From an uncultured Candidatus Saccharibacteria bacterium (GTDB lineage Bacteria; Patescibacteriota; Minisyncoccia; Phycocordibacterales; Zambryskibacteraceae), in assembly GCA_964618905.1 (NCBI GenBank), contig CAZUDK010000004.1, positions 1 through 49,026 of the forward strand: a stretch of DNA of 49,026 nucleotides, written 5' to 3'. Under the pieces are notes generated by a model, which searched no databases, was not told the origin of the DNA, and worked only from the letters and a program-made list of their open reading frames with translations. Of the stretch, positions 24,556 through 33,967 are shown piece after piece. A program made the translations under genes and the position numbers. Position 1 is the stretch's first letter, and every line of letters starts with the position of its first letter.

Positions 24556-27267
24556 ATGACTCTAAACTGGCCAGCGAAAAAACCTAAGGAAGTTTTGGAC
24601 ATACTCAGCTCGAGCGAACATGGTCTTACCTCGGCCGAGGCAGCGCGCCGTCTTAAAGAAAACGGACCAAACAAATTACCAGAAGCAAAGACTGAAAACA
24701 TTTTTGTTATCTTCCTGCGCCAATTCCAGGATCCCCTCATATACATACTGATACTTGCAAGCTTAGCAATCTTTCTTCTAGGCCAAGCTGTAGATGCTTC
24801 CGTAATATTCCTTGTCTTGGTGCTAAACGCACTGATAGGAGCTGTGCAGGAAGGCAGAGCAAAGAATACCCTGCTTGCCCTTAAAAAGTTTGTGAACACA
24901 AAAGCTACTGTTATTCGAGATGGGCGCGAGTTGCGGATACCAGACAGCCAAGTAGTGGTTGGAGACATTCTTGTAATCCGAGGCGGAGACAAAATAGCCG
25001 CGGACGGGAGAATAATAGAAAGTAAAAATCTAAAAATAAATGAAGCAGCCTTAACAGGAGAATCAAAAGCTGTCAGCAAATTCTCGGACTTTCTTGAAGG
25101 CAGCGACATACCTCTGACCGAGCAGAAGAACATGCTCTTCAAAGGAACAGCTGCATTGACTGGAAGCTGCCGAGCAGCGGTCACAAGCATAGGTAAAGAT
25201 ACTGCTATAGGCAGCATAGCTGCAAACATTTCTGAAATAAAAACAGACATACCGCTGAAGACAAATATCAAACATCTCTCTCATGTGATTATCGGCATTA
25301 CATCTCTTATGAGCATCGCTATTTTCGCAAGAGGCATTTATACGGACAAAACCGCCGTAGAGATGTTTTCAACAGCAGTTGCAGTATCAGTCTCTGTTAT
25401 TCCAGAAGGTTTGCCGATAGCCATAACTTTAATCCTTGCTACCGGAGTGTGGAGGATGAGCAAGCAAAACATTTTAGTTAAGCGTCTGCAGGCAGTAGAA
25501 GCCCTTGGACACGCCAGTGTTATCGCAGTAGATAAAACAGGCACCATAACCAAGAATGAAATGGTCATACAAGAGATATACACAGATGGTGACCTTTTCG
25601 AAATAGGAGGCATAGGCTATGAACCTTCCGGTAAAGTGAGCCTCGCAGGTAGCGACATAAATCCGCCTGATTATCCATCTCTACTGTTTGCCGGCAAAAT
25701 CGCATCTCTTTGCGCCAATGCACGTACGACTTATGATGACAGCACCAAAATCTGGCAAGTCTCCGGGGATCCTACAGAAGCAGCGATGTTTGTCCTGGGA
25801 GAAAAACTCGGATTTGATAAAGATCTGTTGGAGAAGAAAATGCCTGCCGCAGGAGAGATACCTTTTGACTACAAACTTAAATACCATTTGATGGTGCATG
25901 AAAACTCTGAAGAAAAGCTCATGACCGTCGTAGGTGCCCCTGAAGTAGTGCTCAAGCTTTGCGACAAAGTGTGGCACCAGTCTGGAGATAAACCATTCTC
26001 TGCTGAAGATTTAGAGAGGTTAAATGACAAGCTCATTGAAATATCAGAAAAAGGTTTGAGAGTTCTGGCTTTTGCTGTAAGCACTGAGATCCCCGGTGTT
26101 TTAAAAGAAGAAAATATAAAATCATTAACTTTTGTCGGTTTTTATGGAATGAAAGATGCTTTGAGAGAAGATGTAGAGAAGACGGTAAAGCGTGCTGAAA
26201 ATGCCGGCATCAAAATTGTTATGATAACCGGTGATTACGAAACTACTGCGAAAGCCATAGCAAAGGAAGCAACCATATACAAAGACGGTGATGACGTGCT
26301 CTCTGGAATAGATATAGATAATATGTCAGATAAGAGCCTCCAAGAAGCTCTGCCGAAAACTTCAGTATTCGCCAGAGTAACACCGACGCATAAACTCCGC
26401 ATAATTAATGCTTTTAAAGCATGTGGCGAAACAATAGCTATGACCGGAGACGGGGTAAATGATGCGCCATCTCTGACAGCCGCGGATCTAGGTGTAGCTA
26501 TGGGCAGAATAGGAACAGAAGTAGCAAAAGAATCATCAGACATAATACTTCTTGATGATGATTTTGGTTCTATAATTTCCGGCATAGAAGAAGGCAGAAC
26601 CATATATAAATCAATAAAGAAAGTTGTCCTCTATCTCCTATCTACCGGACTGGGAGAAATGATGGTCATAGCAGGTGCAATATTTATGAGCCTGCCTCTG
26701 CCGCTTTTGCCAGCTCAAATTATTTGGCTCAATTTTGTAACTGATACATTCTTCACAGCAGCGCTTGCCATGGAGCCAAAAGAAAAAGGGCTGCTCTCGG
26801 AAAAAACATTTAGAAAGCCGAGTAAATATATTGCTGATACTGGCATACTCAAAAGAATGCTGCTTATGGCGCTGCCGATGATCATAGGAACACTGGTATT
26901 GTTTGAAGAATACGCTCCTACTGACCTCTCTAAAGCCTGGACTGTTTCCCTGACTCTGCTTGCAGTATTCCAATGGTTCAACGCATGGAATTGCAGATCT
27001 GAAAATAAATCGGTCTTCAATACTAATCCGCTCTCAAATAAATTTCTTGTGTGGGCAACTTTGACCTCGATCTTCTTCCAACTGCTTGCTGTCTATCATC
27101 CTCTATTCCAAAAATTCTTGAGAACAGTACCGCTTAACTTATCTGACTGGCTAGTAATTATATCTTTCGCCTCTTCAGTCATTCTTGTCGAAGAGATCCG
27201 TAAATTTGCCGTGAGACTAAAGAAAAATAAGAGAGAGCAGAAAGTATTAATGCCAGCCGAAGCATGA
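24556..27267 (+). CDS. cation-transporting P-type ATPase (P2-type, Ca2+/Mg2+-like)
   Basis: DKTGTITKNEM phosphorylation site, TGES, MITGDYETTA, TGDGVNDAPSL, 10 TM segments. Confidence 0.92.
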   Translation: MTLNWPAKKPKEVLDILSSSEHGLTSAEAARRLKENGPNKLPEAKTENIFVIFLRQFQDPLIYILILASLAIFLLGQAVDASVIFLVLVLNALIGAVQEGRAKNTLLALKKFVNTKATVIRDGRELRIPDSQVVVGDILVIRGGDKIAADGRIIESKNLKINEAALTGESKAVSKFSDFLEGSDIPLTEQKNMLFKGTAALTGSCRAAVTSIGKDTAIGSIAANISEIKTDIPLKTNIKHLSHVIIGITSLMSIAIFARGIYTDKTAVEMFSTAVAVSVSVIPEGLPIAITLILATGVWRMSKQNILVKRLQAVEALGHASVIAVDKTGTITKNEMVIQEIYTDGDLFEIGGIGYEPSGKVSLAGSDINPPDYPSLLFAGKIASLCANARTTYDDSTKIWQVSGDPTEAAMFVLGEKLGFDKDLLEKKMPAAGEIPFDYKLKYHLMVHENSEEKLMTVVGAPEVVLKLCDKVWHQSGDKPFSAEDLERLNDKLIEISEKGLRVLAFAVSTEIPGVLKEENIKSLTFVGFYGMKDALREDVEKTVKRAENAGIKIVMITGDYETTAKAIAKEATIYKDGDDVLSGIDIDNMSDKSLQEALPKTSVFARVTPTHKLRIINAFKACGETIAMTGDGVNDAPSLTAADLGVAMGRIGTEVAKESSDIILLDDDFGSIISGIEEGRTIYKSIKKVVLYLLSTGLGEMMVIAGAIFMSLPLPLLPAQIIWLNFVTDTFFTAALAMEPKEKGLLSEKTFRKPSKYIADTGILKRMLLMALPMIIGTLVLFEEYAPTDLSKAWTVSLTLLAVFQWFNAWNCRSENKSVFNTNPLSNKFLVWATLTSIFFQLLAVYHPLFQKFLRTVPLNLSDWLVIISFASSVILVEEIRKFAVRLKKNKREQKVLMPAEA

Positions 27268-28157
27268 AGCCAAAAGTTCTCGTTATAGTTGGTCCGACCG
27301 CATCTGGAAAAAGCAATCTCGCCATACAGCTTGCCAAAGAATTTGGCGGCGAAATAATTTCTGCAGATTCAAGGCAAGTTTATAAAGGGCTGAACATAGG
27401 CACCGGAAAAGTTACATATGAAGAAATGGAAGGTATACCTCATTACCTTTTGGATGTAGCGGACCCAAAGGAGAGGTTCACTGTCTCAAATTTTGTTGAG
27501 AAAGCTACTAACGCAATCACTATGATATATCATAGTGATAAATTTCCAATAATTGTGGGTGGTACAGGATTTTACATAGACTCCTTAGCGGGCCAAAGCC
27601 TTCCTAGCGTACCGCCCAATCCTGATCTGAGGGAAAAGCTCGAGGAAAAGAGCGCTGATGAACTCTTCGAAATACTCAGAGAAAAAGACCCGGAACGAGC
27701 AGAAAGTATTGATCCAAACAATAAAAATAGACTGATACGTTCACTTGAAATAGTCGAGGAGCTCGGCAAAGTTCCACCTCTGGAAAAAGCTGACTCTCCA
27801 TATGAATTCGTATACATAGGCCTTCAGCCGGAAGAAAAAGAGCTCGAAAGAAATATAAGAATACGTCTTGAAAAAAGATTTCCAGGGATGATAAAAGAAG
27901 CTAAAGAGCTTCATGAAAAAGGGCTCTCATTCGAGCGTATGCGCGAACTCGGACTTGAATATAAATATCTGGCTATGCTTCTTGAAGGAGAGTTGACAGA
28001 AGAAGAGATGAAAGAGAAGCTCTTTACAGCTATACGCCAGTATGCCAAACGGCAAAACACTTGGTTCAAACGCAACAAAGAAATAAAATGGTTTAAACCC
28101 GAGGAGTACGAGGCTATAAAAAAATATGCTAGGATAGCACTCAAGTTGGGCGATTAG
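27264..28157 (+). CDS. miaA: tRNA dimethylallyltransferase
   Basis: VIVGPTASGKSNLAIQLA P-loop, ISADSRQVYKGLNIGTGK, VGGTGFY. The start overlaps the ATPase stop (ATGA). Confidence 0.92.
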   Translation: MKPKVLVIVGPTASGKSNLAIQLAKEFGGEIISADSRQVYKGLNIGTGKVTYEEMEGIPHYLLDVADPKERFTVSNFVEKATNAITMIYHSDKFPIIVGGTGFYIDSLAGQSLPSVPPNPDLREKLEEKSADELFEILREKDPERAESIDPNNKNRLIRSLEIVEELGKVPPLEKADSPYEFVYIGLQPEEKELERNIRIRLEKRFPGMIKEAKELHEKGLSFERMRELGLEYKYLAMLLEGELTEEEMKEKLFTAIRQYAKRQNTWFKRNKEIKWFKPEEYEAIKKYARIALKLGD

Positions 28158-28218
28158 TTTAATGGCAGAACAGCGGTCTCCAAAACCGCTGGCGGGGGTT
28201 CGATTCCCTCATCGCCCG
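28148..28218 (+). tRNA. tRNA-Trp (anticodon CCA)
   Basis: Acceptor GGGCGAT/ATCGCCC, anticodon arm GCGGT-CTCCAAA-ACCGC, T loop TTCGATT. The first 10 nt overlap the miaA 3' end (stop TAG at 28155-28157). Confidence 0.85.
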
Positions 28219-28225
28219 CAATAAT

Positions 28226-28250
28226 AAAAACGCCCCAGAGGGGCGTTTTT
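28226..28250. terminator. bidirectional rho-independent terminator
   Basis: AAAAACGCCCC-AGA-GGGGCGTTTTT between tRNA-Trp and the convergent rpmG. Confidence 0.85.
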
Positions 28251-28252
28251 AC

Positions 28253-28432
28253 TTATGCTTTCTTTTCCTTGTAAACAGTATGCTTTCGGATAATAGGGTT
28301 GTATTTTTTGAGTTCGAGCTTACCCTCGACTGACTTTTTATTCTTGCGAGAATAATAGGTGTGGCCCTTACCTTCACCTTTCTCGTCTCCGACGGAGACT
28401 AACTTTATTAGATGTTCTTGACCTTTTGCCAT
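28253..28432 (-). CDS. rpmG: 50S ribosomal protein L33 (59 aa, below the ORF-track cutoff)
   Basis: Hand translation gives MAKGQEHLIKLVSVGDEKGEGKGHTYYSRKNKKSVEGKLELKKYNPIIRKHTVYKEKKA. KLELKKY.P..RKH..YKE is the L33 signature. Confidence 0.85.
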   Translation of the reverse strand: MAKGQEHLIKLVSVGDEKGEGKGHTYYSRKNKKSVEGKLELKKYNPIIRKHTVYKEKKA

Positions 28433-28571
28433 CCCAATAGAAATTTAAACTTTTAGTACTTAATTATTATACACTGTCCGCTGAATTTCTAACGGGACAA
28501 GTAGGTTCTATAATTTACACTAGATTAAACTTTTTGCAAGTATCGAGGTTTTAATTTAAAATAGCTCAAAT

Positions 28572-28655
28572 GCGTCGGTGGCGGAGTGGTCAATCGCAAC
28601 AGACTGTAAATCTGTCGCCCTTCGGGCTACGTTGGTTCGAATCCAACCCGGCGCA
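28572..28655 (+). tRNA. tRNA-Tyr (anticodon GTA)
   Basis: Acceptor GCGTCGG/CCGGCGC, anticodon arm ACAGA-CTGTAAA-TCTGT, long variable arm, T arm GTTGG-TTCGAAT-CCAAC. Followed by CCC, not CCA. Confidence 0.85.
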
Positions 28656-28944
28656 CCCATAACGAAGTTTATTCCAGCAGATTCAAGCATATAATTACAC
28701 CACACAGCAGCGCTTGTTTTGTAAGCACAAAATAGCTAGCATATTGCCGGATTAAAAAGTATTAATAAATACCAAAATCAGTACTTATCCACTGATATAT
28801 ACTGATATCCACAGGATATTCAGACTTTTTGCACCTTTTTAGTTTGACTTAATAAAAATATTTTTTAAGCATTAAATATAGAATCGTCTTTTTGACGACC
28901 AGTATCACGCTAGAAACCGTTGTACATTTTCATGGAGTAACATC

Positions 28945-29229
28945 GTGGCAAAAGACACAATAACGCTGTTCGCCTACCCTTCAGACTTGATTAAAGAGAC
29001 TGTTGAGACGGCCATCAGCAAGGCCAAAGAAGCAGATAAGCCAGTTACCGTTATCTGCTCAGAAGCTATCATCTTCGAGGTAAGTGCGGATGCAGATCCT
29101 ACTCAGATCATCGAGGAACACAGGAGGAATTTCATCAACGATAATCCCAAAAAACTTGATCCAGATAGGATCTGCCAGAGATGGACTTCTCGAAATGACG
29201 GCTCCGAGCCTGTGCTTCATATCTTTTGA
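28945..29229 (+). CDS. hypothetical 94-aa protein, orphan
   Basis: GTG start with GGAG 8 nt upstream. Followed by a strong terminator. No motif recognised. Confidence 0.4.
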   Translation: MAKDTITLFAYPSDLIKETVETAISKAKEADKPVTVICSEAIIFEVSADADPTQIIEEHRRNFINDNPKKLDPDRICQRWTSRNDGSEPVLHIF

Positions 29230-29240
29230 ATCTCCAAAGC

Positions 29241-29278
29241 AAAGACCGCTTCCGCGAGTATACGCAGAAGCGGTCTTT
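29241..29278. terminator. bidirectional rho-independent terminator
   Basis: AAAGACCGCTTC...GAAGCGGTCTTT, 12-bp stem, between 28945..29229 and the convergent clpB. Confidence 0.8.
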
Positions 29279-29297
29279 ATGCTTTTAAAATTACAAT

Positions 29298-32021
29298 TTA
29301 TTTGCTTGCCACAGATTGCCCGCCTTGCGTCGACAAAGCTTTGCGAGTCGAGGCGGGTCTTTTCTTAGTAAGAGTTTTCTTGGATTTGCTTGATGACCTC
29401 TTGCTTTTCTTTACGTCGAACGAGAAGTCTCCATTGACTATGTCCACAGACACCGTACCGCCTGATAAAACCTTGTTGCCTATCATCATGGTAGCCACAG
29501 GATTCAATATCTTTTCCTGAATCAATCGCTTGAGCGGACGAGCACCATACTGAGGGTTATATCCTTCTTCTGAAAGTTTCTCTACCACTGCATCAGAAAC
29601 GGCTAGATTTATTTCCTTATCTCCAAGGCGTTCCTTTACCATATCTATCTGCAGCTTGACGATTGATTTTATCGCTTCTTTCGGAAGGATATCAAAGACA
29701 ATTACATCATCAAGACGGTTTAAGAATTCCGGCCTGAATTGATCCCTAAGTGCTGACAAAACTTTGTCTTTCACATTCTCATATTCGTCATTATCACCTT
29801 TTGAAAATCCAATAGACTGCATTTTATCGATGTATCCAGCACCGACATTTGAGGTCAGGATTATTATGGTGTTCTTGAAATTCACTACCCTGCCTTTAGC
29901 ATCTGTGAGACGTCCGTTATCGAGCACTTGAAGCAAGATATTGAAAACTTCTGGATGGGCTTTCTCTATCTCATCGAAGAGGACCACCGAATATGGCCTG
30001 TGTCTGACTGCTTCAAGAGTCGAAGAACCTTCTTCAAAACCTACATACCCTGGAGGCGCACCAATAAGTTTAGAGACAGCATGCTTCTCCATAAACTCTG
30101 ACATATCCACGCGGATAAGCGCCTTTTCATCATCGAACATAAATTCTGCAAGAGCTTTAGTAAGTTCTGTTTTACCAACTCCAGTAGGACCGAGGAACAT
30201 GAACGAGCCTATCGGCTTGTTCGGGTCTGAAATACCCGCACGTGAGCGCTTCACTGTGTCTGAAATTCTCTTTACTGCTTCATCCTGACCAACTACACGC
30301 CTCTTGAGAAATTCTTCCATCCGTCCGAGTTTATCTGCTTCTTCCTCAAGCATTCTCGATACTGGTATGCCGGTCCAGCGACTTACCACATCGGCAATAT
30401 CAGCTTCCGTTATTTCTTCTTTTAGAATACGCCTTGAGCTTTGAAGTTTCTTAAGTCGAGAATTCTTATTATCGAGTTCATGCTCAAGAGTTGGTATTTT
30501 GCCGTATCGCAGCTCCGCTGCTCGAGAAAGATCAGCACGAGCCTCCGCTGCCTCAGCTTCAAGCCGCAAGCTCTCAAGCTCTTTCTTGATTTCTTTTATC
30601 TCGCCTACAGTCTCTTTCTCGTTCTTCCATTTCAATTCGATCTCTGAAGTTTTTTCCTTGAAATCTGCTATTTCTTTATCAATCTCTTTGATACGAGCTT
30701 TAACTTTTGCCGTTTTGGTTTCTTTCTTCAGAGCTTCTTTCTCTATTTCAAGCTTCATGATTTTTGACTGTGCATCCTGAAGAACAGGAGGCATGTTTTC
30801 AAGAGAAATTTTCAGGAAAGAAGCAGCCTCATCTATAAGGTCTACTGCCTTATCCGGCAAGAAACGGTCTGTAATATACCTGGATGAAAGATTAACCGCA
30901 GCTCTGATAGCATCATCGGTAATACGCACGCCGTGGTACAGCTCATATCTTTCTTTAAGACCGCGCAGGATAGTCATGGCATCTTCTACTGAAGGTTCCA
31001 AGACATGAACAGGCTGAAATCTTCGAGTTAGGGCAGGGTCTTTCTCTATATGCTTTTGATATTCGCGCAAAGTGGTAGCTCCGATAGCTCGCAGATCGCC
31101 GCGTGCCAAAGGAGGCTTGAGCATATTAGATGCATCCATGGAACCTTCAGCAGCTCCAGCGCCTACAATAGTGTGTATCTCGTCTATAAAGAGAATTATC
31201 TTTCCTTCTGACTTTTCTATTTCTTTGATGATGTTCTTCAGTCTCTCTTCAAATTCGCCCCTGTACTTAGTGCCTGCTATAAGCAGACCGAGGTCCAGAG
31301 AAACAAGCTCCTTGTCTCTGAGAGATTCAGGAACATTTCCAGAAGCCATACGTATAGCAAGACCTTCGGCAATGGCTGTTTTACCGACACCGGCCTCACC
31401 GATGAGTATCGGGTTGTTTTTCGTTCGACGAGAAAGGATTTGTATAATGCGAGAAATTTCGACATCTCGGCCGATGACAGGATCAAGCTTATTTTGTTTA
31501 GCTAGAGTTGTCAGGGAACGCGTATACTTGGAAAGAGATTTGAATTTTTTACTTTCTTTCGGCGCTGAGCTATTAGACTTCTTTAATTCTTCAAGCACTC
31601 GCTCTACAGTCTGTCGGTCAATCTTGAATTTTTGCAGAAGGTCATGAGCTTCTCCCGGAGTTTCCAAAATAGAAATGAAGAGGTGCTCAGTAGATACGAA
31701 TTCATCGCCTAAAGACTGAGCAATCTTCGTACTTGATTCGATTGTATGAGCCAACTCAGGGGTTAAATAAATCTGATAAGAAGAAGTGATGGTTTGAGAG
31801 ACATCCGAACTTTCTATGGATTCGAGTACCGAATCTGTAAGGAAAATAGTATCGACATCCATCTTATCTAGAATGGAAATAACCATACTCTCCTCTTGCA
31901 CCAAGAGAGCAGCCAAAAGATGCATCGGATTTACATGGTTTTGTCCGCGCTCTATAGCCAGTTCGTGAGCTTTGCGTATTGCTTCTTTAGCTTTAGTTGT
32001 GAAATGGGTGAATGGTTGCAT
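29298..32021 (-). CDS. clpB: ATP-dependent chaperone ClpB with basic C-terminal tail
   Basis: Clp_N repeats, two AAA+ modules (GEAGVGKTAIAEGLA; GPTGVGKTELTKALA), a long middle coiled coil, and an extra Lys/Ser-rich tail of about 45 aa. Confidence 0.95.
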   Translation of the reverse strand: MQPFTHFTTKAKEAIRKAHELAIERGQNHVNPMHLLAALLVQEESMVISILDKMDVDTIFLTDSVLESIESSDVSQTITSSYQIYLTPELAHTIESSTKIAQSLGDEFVSTEHLFISILETPGEAHDLLQKFKIDRQTVERVLEELKKSNSSAPKESKKFKSLSKYTRSLTTLAKQNKLDPVIGRDVEISRIIQILSRRTKNNPILIGEAGVGKTAIAEGLAIRMASGNVPESLRDKELVSLDLGLLIAGTKYRGEFEERLKNIIKEIEKSEGKIILFIDEIHTIVGAGAAEGSMDASNMLKPPLARGDLRAIGATTLREYQKHIEKDPALTRRFQPVHVLEPSVEDAMTILRGLKERYELYHGVRITDDAIRAAVNLSSRYITDRFLPDKAVDLIDEAASFLKISLENMPPVLQDAQSKIMKLEIEKEALKKETKTAKVKARIKEIDKEIADFKEKTSEIELKWKNEKETVGEIKEIKKELESLRLEAEAAEARADLSRAAELRYGKIPTLEHELDNKNSRLKKLQSSRRILKEEITEADIADVVSRWTGIPVSRMLEEEADKLGRMEEFLKRRVVGQDEAVKRISDTVKRSRAGISDPNKPIGSFMFLGPTGVGKTELTKALAEFMFDDEKALIRVDMSEFMEKHAVSKLIGAPPGYVGFEEGSSTLEAVRHRPYSVVLFDEIEKAHPEVFNILLQVLDNGRLTDAKGRVVNFKNTIIILTSNVGAGYIDKMQSIGFSKGDNDEYENVKDKVLSALRDQFRPEFLNRLDDVIVFDILPKEAIKSIVKLQIDMVKERLGDKEINLAVSDAVVEKLSEEGYNPQYGARPLKRLIQEKILNPVATMMIGNKVLSGGTVSVDIVNGDFSFDVKKSKRSSSKSKKTLTKKRPASTRKALSTQGGQSVASK

Positions 32022-32077
32022 AATTGTTTATAGTGTATAACATTTTCTTCATATTGTAAAGTATCTGGGAGCTGAAA

Positions 32078-32596
32078 TTACTGCTGTTTGCCAGGTGTTT
32101 CTGAAATCTCTGGAGTAGTAGTGGATGATATTTGGAAAACCGCTATATTATCTTCTTCACCTACCCTGACCAGTGACAAAGGCAGAGTAGAATCATCTGA
32201 CAAGACCGCCACGAAGTTGCCTGTGCTGGTTGCGGTTATATCACCCTTGCTTGTTACTACAAGTCCGTCTCCAGAAAATATGACCCCTACGGAAAGTGGA
32301 TTTATCTTGCCGTCTTCTCCAACTTGGCTTACATCAACAGTAGCTTTTGAAGCGCTTTGGAATGCCGCAAGTAAATCTCTGTCTTCATCTGTAAGGACAG
32401 GTTCCTGGTCTGAATCGACCGGAACTGCTTTCTCGATGGTTCTCTCAACCACTCTATTGATGGTTTGAGTGACGCTTACAGGAGCTTCGGCTAAAAGAGC
32501 AGTAGTGATAATGCTTGAGGATATTGAAGTAACGAAAGTTACAAGCAGAGTAAGAAGAACAAGCTGAGTTTTATTCAAATCTTCCATCGAGGTCAT
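32078..32596 (-). CDS. hypothetical membrane-anchored protein (weak resemblance to the N-terminal barrel of trypsin-like proteases, no catalytic motifs seen)
   Basis: TM helix LVLLTLLVTFVTSISSSIITTALL. GVIFSGDGLVVTSKGDI...IAVFQI is reminiscent of HtrA-type strands but lacks His/Ser motifs. Confidence 0.5.
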   Translation of the reverse strand: MTSMEDLNKTQLVLLTLLVTFVTSISSSIITTALLAEAPVSVTQTINRVVERTIEKAVPVDSDQEPVLTDEDRDLLAAFQSASKATVDVSQVGEDGKINPLSVGVIFSGDGLVVTSKGDITATSTGNFVAVLSDDSTLPLSLVRVGEEDNIAVFQISSTTTPEISETPGKQQ

Positions 32597-32655
32597 GACT
32601 GTATTTTACCTCCACACCTATCTATAATCAATTTGCTTTTTGGTTGTACTTGAAG

Positions 32656-33861
32656 TTAGCGAGATAGATGGAATGGCAAGCCATGCGCAACACGGCGGTA
32701 AAGAATCTCAAGAGCCGATTCTAAATCTTTTTTATCGGTCTTTCGTCCGAATGAAAACCTTATAGTAGACTCGGCTAAATCTGGTTTGCCTATGGCACGC
32801 AAAACATCCGAACCCGACTGATCTGAATTGGAAGAACAAGCGCTGCCTACAGAAACAGCTACCCCATCCTTATCAAGAGCTAGCAGAAGCATTTCCGATA
32901 AGATACCTGGGATAGATACACTCACAATGCTCGGCAGCACTTCCCTTTCCGGACCGTTTATAAGAGCTTCCGGAATATTCTTTTTAATTTCTGCTGCAAA
33001 ATATTCTCTCAAAGAAAGAAGTCTTAAGAACTCCTTTTCTCTCTCAGATTCTGCAATTTGCAAAGCTTTGTCGAGACCCGCAATAAGTGCCAAACTTTCT
33101 GTACCAGACCTAAGGCCGAACTCTTGCTTGCCTCCCCATATAAGGGGACGCAGTTGAACTCCCCCTCTTACCGCTAAGAGTCCTGCTCCTTTAGGACCGT
33201 AAATTTTTGCACTTTCGAGAGTTAGCAAGTCTGCATTCAAGCTTTCTAAATTAACCTTGAGCTGGCCGAAGGCTTGGCTTGCATCAGTGTGAAAATATGG
33301 AAAAAGAGAGTCGAGTTCTTTTCTTTTCTTTTTTATCAAGCGGCCGATTTTGGCTATAGGCTGGATTGTTCCTATTTCACCATTTGCCAAACTGACAGAT
33401 ACCAGAAAAGTATCTTCTCTTATTAGCTTTTCTATTTCCTCTAAAGATACAAGGCCGCTTTCATCGACAGGAGCGAGAGAAAGCCTGGCACCGCGCCTCT
33501 GAAGCTCTCTAGCTGCTTCGAGTACGGCGGGATGTTCAATACTAGAGACTATCAAGTGCCCCGCTTTGTGCGGAAACTTTTCCCTGAAAGCCTCATAAGA
33601 TCCGAAGATAGCCAAGTTGTCTGACTCCGTAGCGCCGGATGTGAATACAATGCCACTTTTGCGGACACCTAGGGCGCGCGCTACGCGCGCTCGCCTCTCC
33701 CCAAGATCCCTCTTCATTCTTTCACCTTCCTTATAAAGAGAAGATGGATTGTAAAAATCATGCGACCAATACTTCTCCATCTCTCTCTTCACTTCCGGCA
33801 AGACAGGAGTGGCTGAGGCAAAGTCGAGGAATATTCTTCTATTTTTAGGCCATAAATTCAT
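32656..33861 (-). CDS. cysteine desulfurase (aminotransferase class V, NifS/IscS-like)
   Basis: Start set at MNLWPKNRRIFLDFASATP. Motifs SGATESDNLAI, HTDASQAFG, SAKIYGPKGAG (PLP Lys) and GSACSS (active Cys). Confidence 0.88.
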   Translation of the reverse strand: MNLWPKNRRIFLDFASATPVLPEVKREMEKYWSHDFYNPSSLYKEGERMKRDLGERRARVARALGVRKSGIVFTSGATESDNLAIFGSYEAFREKFPHKAGHLIVSSIEHPAVLEAARELQRRGARLSLAPVDESGLVSLEEIEKLIREDTFLVSVSLANGEIGTIQPIAKIGRLIKKKRKELDSLFPYFHTDASQAFGQLKVNLESLNADLLTLESAKIYGPKGAGLLAVRGGVQLRPLIWGGKQEFGLRSGTESLALIAGLDKALQIAESEREKEFLRLLSLREYFAAEIKKNIPEALINGPEREVLPSIVSVSIPGILSEMLLLALDKDGVAVSVGSACSSNSDQSGSDVLRAIGKPDLAESTIRFSFGRKTDKKDLESALEILYRRVAHGLPFHLSR

Positions 33862-33967
33862 GACGACACTATACACTAAATTGCTCAAAAATTAAGAACT
33901 GTGAATTTAAAATTTACCAATCCTCTGCTGGGTTTTAGAGTGCAAATATGATAAGGTAGCTAGCATC

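Noticed and set aside
24537-25271. 244-aa ORF on the minus strand
   Set aside because: It is entirely antisense to the P-type ATPase gene, which has canonical motifs. It has no independent support.
28656-28944. Chromosomal origin of replication
   Set aside because: There are only two imperfect DnaA boxes. No dnaA or dnaN is adjacent, and there is no obvious strand switch of gene orientation here. It is kept only as a low-interest finding.
31072-31647. 191-aa ORF on the plus strand, and other plus-strand ORFs across 29302-31008
   Set aside because: These are shadow ORFs antisense to clpB.
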